From NCBI GenBank assembly GCA_036679545.1, contig JAZDDD010000758.1, positions 1 through 33,156 of the forward strand: a DNA stretch of 33,156 nt, written 5' to 3'. A model generated the notes under the pieces. It was not told the DNA's origin, searched no databases, and saw only the letters and a program-made list of their open reading frames with translations. The number at the start of each line of letters is the position of its first letter. Positions within the stretch are counted from its first letter, which is position 1. This stretch comes from Gemmatimonadota bacterium. Its GTDB lineage: Bacteria; Gemmatimonadota; Gemmatimonadetes; Gemmatimonadales; GWC2-71-9. Both the position numbers and the translations under genes were made by a program. Shown here piece after piece: positions 1-6,886 of the stretch.

Positions 1-1
1 T

Positions 2-262
2 ACCATTACGGGCCCGTGTTACTACGGCATCAACACACCCACCCGCGGCGAACTCATCGCAGCAAACCACACTGTCGAAGAGATCCGGGAGCACCTGAAC
101 GTCGAAAGCCTCGGATATCTCTCCCTCGAGGGCACCCATGAGGCCATAAATAGGGGTCGGTCCGGATTTTGCGATGCATGCTTTTCCGGCGACTATCCGA
201 CGGCCATACCCAAAGATGCCGCCACCAAAGCGGAAGAAGAAATTCCTCTCACAGTTCAATAG
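2..262 (+). CDS. purF: Amidophosphoribosyltransferase, C-terminal fragment (gene starts left of the window)
   Basis: Frame 2 is open from the window edge: TITGPCYYGINTPTRGELIAANHTVEEIREHLNVESLGYLSLEG...GFCDACFSGDYPTAIPKD...TVQ, with stop TAG at 260-262. This fits the conserved PurF C-terminus (CFYGID..ELIA...EIR...LS.EG...C.ACF.G.YPT). It is absent from the ORF track because no start lies in the window. Confidence 0.75.
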   Translation, partial: TITGPCYYGINTPTRGELIAANHTVEEIREHLNVESLGYLSLEGTHEAINRGRSGFCDACFSGDYPTAIPKDAATKAEEEIPLTVQ

Positions 263-313
263 ACGGGTGCTCTGGCCGGATGCCGGAACGCCTCGACAAA
301 CAAGGCGATTTCC

Positions 314-3034
314 ATGAAAACCGTCTTTTCCTTTGGAAACGGGCGCGCTGATGGCGGTGCCCATATGGCGGACATTTTGGGTGGCAAGGGTGCAAACCTG
401 GCCGAGATGTGCAACCTGGGCATACCGGTCCCACCCGGTTTTACGATCGCCACAGGGTTGTGTGGTGAGTACCTCGAGAAACAGAAGCTTCCCGAAGGTT
501 TAGATGGTGCTGTGCGCGATGCCATGGCTCAGCTCGAGCACGCTGCCAATCGTCGATTCGGCGATGAGAACGACCCCTTGCTTGTCTCAGTGCGCTCCGG
601 TGCCAGGGTTTCAATGCCCGGCATGATGGATACAATCCTCAACCTGGGACTCAATGACCGTACCGTCAGCGGCCTAGCCACCCAATCGGACAATCCACGA
701 TTCGCATTCGACTCGTACCGGCGATTTGTCCAGATGTACGGAGAAGTCGTGTTCGGCTTGAAGGGAGACGGTCATCACCCGGATCCCCTGGAACATGCAT
801 TAACCAAGGCAAAAGAACGACGCGGTGTGTCACGCGATATCGATTTAGAAGCTCACGACCTGCGGGACCTGGTTGCTGAGTTCAAAGAGATTATCAGAAC
901 GGACACCGGCGCGACCTTTCCCGACGACCCGTGGGATCAATTATGGGGTGCGGTGGAAGCAGTTTTCAAAAGTTGGCAGACCAAACGTGCAGTGAATTAC
1001 CGGCGCGTGCACGAAATACCAAACGATATCGGCACCGCCGTAAACATCGTGGCCATGGTGTATGGCAACATGGGCGAAGACTGCGGAACTGGGGTGGCTT
1101 TCACGAGGGACCCCTCGACCGGTGTGGCCAATTTGTTTGGTGAGTTCCTCACGAATGCGCAGGGTGAGGACGTGGTCGCCGGCAGGCGGGACCCGGAACC
1201 AATTGCCGCCATGGCAGACCGTCTGCCTGATGCTTATCGCGCGCTCGAAGACACCTGCACAAAGCTGGAGGACCACTTTAGGGACGCGCAGGATGTGGAA
1301 TTCACCGTCCAAAAGGGCCAGTTGTACATGCTGCAAACACGGACCGCCAAGCGCACGGCCCGCGCGGCTGTGCGCATTGCGGTAGAGATGGTGGCAGAGT
1401 CACGGATCGACCAGCGCGAAGCGTTGAGACGTGTCCAACCGGAGCAGCTCGACCAGCTGCTCCACCCCACGATTGACCCGCAGGCCACCTTGGACATCTT
1501 GGCCGTCGGATTACCGGCTTCGCCCGGAGCGGCCGTCGGTATGGTGGTTTTTGATGCGGACACGGCACAGACACGGTCGGAGGACGGAGACCCGGTCATT
1601 CTGGTTCGGCGCGAGACCAGCCCGGACGATTTTCATGGCATGGTCGCCGCAGAGGCCATCTTGACCCAGCGGGGAGGGATGACAAGCCACGCGGCCGTCG
1701 TGGCGCGAGGAATGGGTACACCGTGCGTGGCGGGATGTAAGGAAATCGACGTTCGAGGAAGTGAAAAACGTTTCCTCGTCGGTGAGAGCGAGTTCCGCGA
1801 AGGTGATTGGATCACGCTGGACGGTTCCACAGGCCGTGTCATTCGGGGCAAGGTACCTCTGGTAGAATCAAGCCTCGACGAAAATTTCGATCAGATTATG
1901 GCTTGGTCCGACCAGGTGCGAATGCTTCGCGTTCGTGCCAATGCGGACAATGCTGCAGACGCCGAGCGAGCGCGAAAATTCGGCGCAGAGGGTATAGGAC
2001 TCTGCCGCACCGAACACATGTTTTTCGACGGGGAACGCATCACGGCAATGCGTGAGATGATCCTCGCATCCGATCTCGAAGGCAGACGGAAGGCGCTTCG
2101 CAAACTGCTACCGATGCAACGCGGGGACTTCCGCGAAATGTTCGAGGTCATGGACGGACTTCCCGTCACCATTCGACTCCTCGATCCGCCACTCCATGAG
2201 TTCTTGCCCCACGACGATAGCGAATTGATCCCCCTCGCCAAGAGCCTAGGTGTGCCATTGGATCGGCTCCGGCACACAGTGTCGGTTTTGACAGAAACCA
2301 ACCCCATGCTTGGACATCGGGGGTGTCGACTCGGTATCACGTATCCCGAGATCACTGAGATGCAGGCGTGGGCCATAATTGAAGCGGCATGCGAGGCCGC
2401 CAGTGCCGGAATATCCGTGTTTCCGGAGATCATGATCCCACTCATTGCTACGGCGGAGGAACTGCGTCGCCAAGTGGCCGTGGTGCGCGACGTTGCCGAG
2501 CGGGTGTTCGCCGAACGTGATCAGCGCATAGAATATTTGGTCGGGACAATGATTGAATTACCGCGAGCCGCATTGACCGCGGATGAGATCGCCGAGGTCG
2601 CAGAATTTTTCTCGTTCGGCACGAACGATTTGACGCAGACGACGTTCGGGTTGTCGCGTGACGACGCTGGTCGATTCCTACCTACGTATGTGGAATCGGG
2701 CATCTTACCGGCGGATCCATTCCAGACACTTGATCGCGGCGGCGTCGGACGACTGGTTGGTGTGGGTGTGGGGCTCGGTCGGGAGCGGAATCCCAAGCTC
2801 AAGATTGGCATTTGCGGAGAACATGGCGGTGACCCAGAATCGATAAAGTTCTGTCATCACATCGGGCTCAACTACGTTTCGTGTTCTCCCTTTCGTATTC
2901 CGATTGCGCGATTGGCGGCTGCACACGCCGCCCTTGTAGAATCGGAGAAGGTGTGTAATTTACCAAAGAGGAATGACGTTGATGCAAACGGAAGTGTAGC
3001 GTCAATCCAACAGTCGGCGGTTGCCGGCGCGTAG
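314..3034 (+). CDS. ppdK: Pyruvate, phosphate dikinase
   Basis: 906-aa ORF with PPDK hallmarks: N-terminal LGGKGANLAEM, TRTAKRT, phospho-His loop GGMTSHAAVVARGMG, and PEP-utilising C-domain motifs CRTEHMFF and FFSFGTNDLTQ. Confidence 0.95.
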   Translation: MKTVFSFGNGRADGGAHMADILGGKGANLAEMCNLGIPVPPGFTIATGLCGEYLEKQKLPEGLDGAVRDAMAQLEHAANRRFGDENDPLLVSVRSGARVSMPGMMDTILNLGLNDRTVSGLATQSDNPRFAFDSYRRFVQMYGEVVFGLKGDGHHPDPLEHALTKAKERRGVSRDIDLEAHDLRDLVAEFKEIIRTDTGATFPDDPWDQLWGAVEAVFKSWQTKRAVNYRRVHEIPNDIGTAVNIVAMVYGNMGEDCGTGVAFTRDPSTGVANLFGEFLTNAQGEDVVAGRRDPEPIAAMADRLPDAYRALEDTCTKLEDHFRDAQDVEFTVQKGQLYMLQTRTAKRTARAAVRIAVEMVAESRIDQREALRRVQPEQLDQLLHPTIDPQATLDILAVGLPASPGAAVGMVVFDADTAQTRSEDGDPVILVRRETSPDDFHGMVAAEAILTQRGGMTSHAAVVARGMGTPCVAGCKEIDVRGSEKRFLVGESEFREGDWITLDGSTGRVIRGKVPLVESSLDENFDQIMAWSDQVRMLRVRANADNAADAERARKFGAEGIGLCRTEHMFFDGERITAMREMILASDLEGRRKALRKLLPMQRGDFREMFEVMDGLPVTIRLLDPPLHEFLPHDDSELIPLAKSLGVPLDRLRHTVSVLTETNPMLGHRGCRLGITYPEITEMQAWAIIEAACEAASAGISVFPEIMIPLIATAEELRRQVAVVRDVAERVFAERDQRIEYLVGTMIELPRAALTADEIAEVAEFFSFGTNDLTQTTFGLSRDDAGRFLPTYVESGILPADPFQTLDRGGVGRLVGVGVGLGRERNPKLKIGICGEHGGDPESIKFCHHIGLNYVSCSPFRIPIARLAAAHAALVESEKVCNLPKRNDVDANGSVASIQQSAVAGA

Positions 3035-3059
3035 ATTTTTGGTGGTAGACAAACGCGTT

Positions 3060-3064
3060 AGGAG
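3060..3064 (+). promoter_or_regulatory. Shine-Dalgarno (AGGAG) for the small precursor ORF
   Basis: AGGAG lies 5 nt upstream of ATG 3070. This is the strongest SD I see in the accessory region. Confidence 0.6.
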
Positions 3065-3069
3065 AAATC

Positions 3070-3180
3070 ATGCAAGGACTGAAAAAACCATTCGTTAAGC
3101 CGACTGTCAAAGAGCAAGCTTCGCTGATCGACGTCACGCTGCAGACTGGCGGTGGTGGCGACGGTGGCGAAACACTCTAA
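3070..3180 (+). CDS. Putative RiPP precursor peptide (36 aa) with a lasso-type leader and a Gly-rich acidic core
   Basis: ATG..TAA reads MQGLKKPFVKPTVKEQASLIDVTLQTGGGGDGGETL. The ORF is below the ORF-track size cutoff. It has a strong SD and sits directly upstream of PqqD-like (RRE) and B2-protease genes. FxxPxV...Tx matches the spacing of the lasso leader motif YxxPxLxxxGxxxxxTx if cleavage follows Leu24. Confidence 0.6.
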   Translation: MQGLKKPFVKPTVKEQASLIDVTLQTGGGGDGGETL

Positions 3181-3201
3181 CATTTAGATTGTAACCACCA
3201 A

Positions 3202-3241
3202 AGCGTGCCAGGGGCGTCAAAGACCCTGGCACGCTTTTTTG
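3202..3241 (+). terminator. Rho-independent terminator/attenuator after the precursor ORF
   Basis: Perfect 12-bp stem AGCGTGCCAGGG (3202-3213) / CCCTGGCACGCT (3224-3235), a 10-nt loop, then a T-run (3235-3240). Confidence 0.8.
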
Positions 3242-3251
3242 CACCTAACTC

Positions 3252-4172
3252 TTGTCTATCACCCGATTTCAAGTCAACGCGGATGACGCACGCATCCGTC
3301 AAACCGTCCAATCATGGTTGGACGGCTTGCGGCTTGAATTGCCCGCGCCCATCACGCTTGACATAACGCGGGGGTTCGTTCCCTCTCCGATCGAAGCAGG
3401 CAGGACAATCTTCGAACAACCGGCCGTTACGATTTCGCACGGTCCACCGTCGTATGATTTGCGTGTCGCGTGGCGTCTTGCACCGGCGTGCGCAACCTTA
3501 CCAAAAGATTCGACGCAAATTCACATCGCCATCTCCGATAGCGGCGCTCAGCGGCTCGATGATTTCCTGAACACATTTCTTATTACGGTGATCATTCTGT
3601 CCTTGCGTCGGGTTGGATGGCACCATGTCCACGCTGCATCGGCTGAAGATCCGTCGGGGAGGGGATGGCTGATCGCAGGAGACGCGCGGGCTGGAAAGTC
3701 CACAACGGCGGCCCTCATGGCCAGCCGGGGTTGGCGCGTGGGTTCAGATGACACGACGTTTCTGGCGCGTGACAACGGGGCATTTTGCGCATGGAGCACG
3801 AGACAACCGTTGGCGCTCCGGCGGGGCGGACACACCCTTTTGGGTGACAACCAGTTCAAACGGAACACGCGAAGGAATAAATTCGTATGTTGGCCGGAAC
3901 AACTCGGTGGCAGCTGGACCAACCGCATCGTACCAGACATCATCTTGTTCTCAAAACCGGGAGCGCGCGTCACGACATGCGAACCCATCAAACCAATTGA
4001 GGCTCTGGCGGAACTTGTCCGTTGGTCGGCTTGGGTGATGCTCGAACCCGACTTGGCCCAAAACCATCTGGATCTGTTGAATACTATCGCACAACGCACC
4101 ACAAGCTACCGGGCGCAACTCGGCAGCGATCTTTTTCAAGATCCAACCCGGTTGTCAGCGATTCTGCCATGA
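3252..4172 (+). CDS. HPr kinase/phosphorylase-like (HprK C-domain-like) putative RiPP kinase
   Basis: 306-aa ORF. LIAGDARAGKSTTAALMASRGWRVGSDD matches the HprK P-loop block (G.SG.GKSE.AL.L..RGH.L.ADD). The start is TTG 3252, right after an in-frame TAA with no obvious SD; in-frame TTGs at 3318, 3327 and 3339 are alternatives. The stop overlaps the next start (ATGA). Confidence 0.75.
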   Translation: MSITRFQVNADDARIRQTVQSWLDGLRLELPAPITLDITRGFVPSPIEAGRTIFEQPAVTISHGPPSYDLRVAWRLAPACATLPKDSTQIHIAISDSGAQRLDDFLNTFLITVIILSLRRVGWHHVHAASAEDPSGRGWLIAGDARAGKSTTAALMASRGWRVGSDDTTFLARDNGAFCAWSTRQPLALRRGGHTLLGDNQFKRNTRRNKFVCWPEQLGGSWTNRIVPDIILFSKPGARVTTCEPIKPIEALAELVRWSAWVMLEPDLAQNHLDLLNTIAQRTTSYRAQLGSDLFQDPTRLSAILP

Positions 4173-4444
4173 CCGCTACCTACGTTTGCAGCCCGGACAT
4201 TCGAATAACCGAATTGGATGGCGAAGGCATTGTGCTCCATCTGGCAAACCGTCGTTACTTCACGGTGAGTAGCAGTGGCCTTTTAATACTGAGCGCGTTG
4301 AAGACACAACAAACATTTGACCACGTGGTCGATATCTTGTTGGGGACGTATGACGTAAACCGGGAAGAGGCGTCGGAAACCGCGACCACCTTCCTCGCCG
4401 AATGTGCGGCGCATGGGATGGTGGTTGTAGAGAAACACCCGTGA
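4169..4444 (+). CDS. PqqD-family RiPP recognition element protein (lasso B1-like)
   Basis: 91 aa: MTATYVCSPDIRITELDGEGIVLHLANRRYFTVSSSGLLILSALKTQQTFDHVVDILLGTYDVNREEASETATTFLAECAAHGMVVVEKHP. Size and pattern fit PqqD/RRE (..e.vl......yf.ln..g..i...l....t...iv..l...y.v....a..d...Fl..l...g.v). ATG 4169 overlaps the kinase stop (ATGA). I replaced the track's longer 4022 start. Confidence 0.75.
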   Translation: MTATYVCSPDIRITELDGEGIVLHLANRRYFTVSSSGLLILSALKTQQTFDHVVDILLGTYDVNREEASETATTFLAECAAHGMVVVEKHP

Positions 4445-4899
4445 CCGCGCTACCACTCGGCTGGCGGTGTCGAGCGGCGGTGGCCTGCCTGGTTGTCCCG
4501 ATCATGGTCAACAGCATCTCCTTCGCGACCGTCGTGCGACGGCTAGCGCAACGGCCCTCAAAACGTTTTGTACGATTCGACGATGAAGACTTGGCAGGAT
4601 GGGTCACCACGTTCCTCCATCGTCTGCCAGATCCGTGGTATCCCACGTGTCTTCGCCGCGCGGCCGTCTTATACCACCTCCTCAACCGCGCCGGTCGTGA
4701 CGTACGCATGTACCTCGGCGTACAACGGCCGGACACCGGTGAGATCGACGCTCATGCGTGGCTCGTCCTGAACGATGAACCCTATCTGGAGCCTTCCACT
4801 ACAGATCCCAGCCAGTACAAAGTCATCGCTCGCTTTCCCGAGGAGTCACCGGAGGATGGCGACGAACGAGAGGCAACCCTCAAGCCAAAGGGAGTTTGA
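4441..4899 (+). CDS. Transglutaminase-like cysteine protease (lasso leader peptidase B2-like)
   Basis: 152 aa from GTG 4441, which overlaps the PqqD stop (GTGA). Candidate Cys-His-Asp arrangement: YPTCLRRAAVLYHLL ... IDAHAWLVLNDEPY, as in lasso B/B2 proteins. Confidence 0.75.
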   Translation: MTALPLGWRCRAAVACLVVPIMVNSISFATVVRRLAQRPSKRFVRFDDEDLAGWVTTFLHRLPDPWYPTCLRRAAVLYHLLNRAGRDVRMYLGVQRPDTGEIDAHAWLVLNDEPYLEPSTTDPSQYKVIARFPEESPEDGDEREATLKPKGV

Positions 4900-4903
4900 T
4901 ATC

Positions 4904-5999
4904 GTGGTGCCGGTCCATACGGCACAACTTCTACTCGACACCCTTCGGCTTCCCGGGGTGTCCCACTCAGCCTCACTTTGCACAAGATGGGAGCGTGCAG
5001 ATACACGCGGTGTGACGGACCTCGTCAAACGCGAAGGCGGCGAACTTTGGTTGCACCGTCGCTTGAAACAAATCGGGATCCGTGAAACACGGTTGGTACG
5101 CACGGAGTTTTGGGACTCATTGGATCGCTCCGCCAAGAAAAGCGTAGCACAGAACCTACTCGTTCGCAGCCACGCCGAATACGTCAGGGGCCTGTTCGTG
5201 CGGGATGGCGTGCCGCACGCGCCGATCAAGGGCATCGCACGTCAAGCATGCACTCCCCAAATTCCCGTTTGCCAATTGCCGCGCTACGCGCGACGTGGAT
5301 ATTCTCGTACCATCTGACGCCACTGACGCCGCCTGGGAATGCCTAACATCACATGGATACCGGAAGTCAAGCGAGCTTACACCCACTGGGCATTTTCATC
5401 TCCCCCCGCTGGCAAACAACGAGAACATCGCCGTAGAGATACACAAGTCTACATCATCGTCCGTGTCACCCGATGAGGCGTGGCGACGTGCTCAGCATAT
5501 CGATGACCCGACCGAGTTACTCTGGCAGGGTGTTACGCACGCCTTGGATCAAGGGTTGGAAGGGTTCTTTCTTCGGTACTATCTGGATGCCGCAGTCGCC
5601 TTAACGCACGGCGACATTTCTTGGGAGGTCGTCGTGGAGAGGCTGCGGTCCGTTGAAATCCGCGACTATTCCCTGGCCGTCACCTGGTTGCTCGCAGCCA
5701 ATTGTTTTACGACAACGGACATCTCCAACACCATTGAACTACCGCAGCGAGATTTTCCTCTACTCCGGACCAGCACGTGGCGACTGACAGCCTATAGGTC
5801 GCGTTTCCGCAATAAGTCATGGACCCGCAAACTTCTCGCCGAGGGCTTGCGATCGGAATTGGACATGGGACTTGAAGGCCCGGTCCCGTCCACGCCCTTC
5901 GTGCACAAAGTCCGAAGAACCACGTCTGCGGTTGCAGCGCGATTGACATACCGCACATGGAGACGTCTTCGCTGGACGGATGACGCGGACTCAGCCTAG
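4904..5999 (+). pseudogene. NTP_transf_5-type nucleotidyltransferase family protein, interrupted by a 1-nt frameshift near 5246-5261
   Basis: Two track ORFs (4775-5317 and 5205-5999) are halves of one protein. Frame A ends ...FVRDGVPHAPIKGIARQA. Frame B continues ...LPKFPFANCRATRDVDILVPSDATDAAWECLTSHGY, the KG...R..D.D.LV....a...L...GY core of this family. The joined length is about 364 aa. The likely start is GTG 4904, with GGAG 9 nt upstream and 4 nt after the B2 stop. ATG 4856 is an alternative. Confidence 0.6.
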
Positions 6000-6884
6000 G
6001 ACACTCACCAGTGCCTCGTGAAGCGTAGCACTGGCAAACCGGTAGCCGGTGTCGAGCAAAACTCTTGGCGCAACGTTTTGACTCACAAACATCAGCTCGT
6101 CGGCCATCTCGCCAAGCGCCAGCCGTAACGGGAACGCCGGCACCGGCAAGACCGTGGGCCTCCGCAGCACTTTTCCAAGTTCACGCGTAAATTCGCTGTT
6201 GGTTACTGTGTGAGGTGCAACACAATTGACTGGTCCAGACATGTGCTCGTGTTCGAGAAGGAAACAGCACGTTTTGACCATATCCTCCAGTGTCAACCAA
6301 CTCATGACCTGCTCGCCGGTTCCGAGGCGTCCACCCAATCCCAGTTTGAACGGTAGGAGCAACCTGGAAAGAAGGCCGCCATGCCGAGCCAGTACCAATC
6401 CCGTGCGCAGAAACACCGTGCGGGTTCCTGCGTGGGATGCAGCTGACGCAGCATCTTCCCACTGGGCGCAGAGGGTCGCAAGAAACCCCGTTCCCCGTGA
6501 CGACTGTTCGGTCAGTATCTCATTTGGGCGATGGCCGTAATAGCCAATCGCGGATGCTTGTAAAAGTGTTCGTGGGGCGTCCCGGCAGGTACCAATCGTT
6601 CCCGCCAGCAGACGAGTTGTGGTCAGTCGGCTTTCACGCAGCGTGGTCTTTCGCGATGGTGTCCATGGCCAGCCGGCAATGCTCGCCCCCGATAGATTGA
6701 CGACTGCATCGGCGCCCTCAAGGACCTGCGAATCCAACTGACCGTTGTATGGATCCCACCAGGCCGTGTCATCATCCCGCGGGCTTCCGCGCACGAGCCT
6801 GACAACGTCGTGCCCGACCGCTCGCAACTTGTGCACAAGGGCCGTACCAACCAAACCAGATGATCCGGAAATGACGACACGCAT
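5991..6884 (-). CDS. TIGR01777/YfcH-like epimerase-family SDR protein (NAD-binding Rossmann domain plus DUF1731-type C-terminus)
   Basis: MRVVISGSSGLVGTALVHKLRAVGHDVVRLVR...ADAVVNLSGASIAG..W....K..L..SRL..T..L resembles YfcH-type proteins. I prefer ATG 6884; GTG 6893 and TTG 6890 are upstream in frame. Confidence 0.85.
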   Translation of the reverse strand: MRVVISGSSGLVGTALVHKLRAVGHDVVRLVRGSPRDDDTAWWDPYNGQLDSQVLEGADAVVNLSGASIAGWPWTPSRKTTLRESRLTTTRLLAGTIGTCRDAPRTLLQASAIGYYGHRPNEILTEQSSRGTGFLATLCAQWEDAASAASHAGTRTVFLRTGLVLARHGGLLSRLLLPFKLGLGGRLGTGEQVMSWLTLEDMVKTCCFLLEHEHMSGPVNCVAPHTVTNSEFTRELGKVLRRPTVLPVPAFPLRLALGEMADELMFVSQNVAPRVLLDTGYRFASATLHEALVSVLG

Positions 6885-6886
6885 AA

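Noticed and set aside
3070-3180. Alternative precursor cleavage after Gly27 (Thr26 at -2), giving a Gly-initiated core GGGDGGETL with a Gly1-Glu7 ring
   Set aside because: The F/P/V leader residues would then no longer fall at -17/-14/-12. A tail of only 2 residues cannot be threaded. The Leu24/Gln25 boundary fits the leader motif spacing exactly.
5240-5262. Programmed +1/-1 ribosomal frameshifting at the nucleotidyltransferase break, and likewise at 27725-27745 in the kinase
   Set aside because: I see no X XXY YYZ slippery heptamer, no upstream SD-like stimulator at the right distance, and no evident downstream stem-loop or pseudoknot at either site. A mutation or an assembly indel is more parsimonious.
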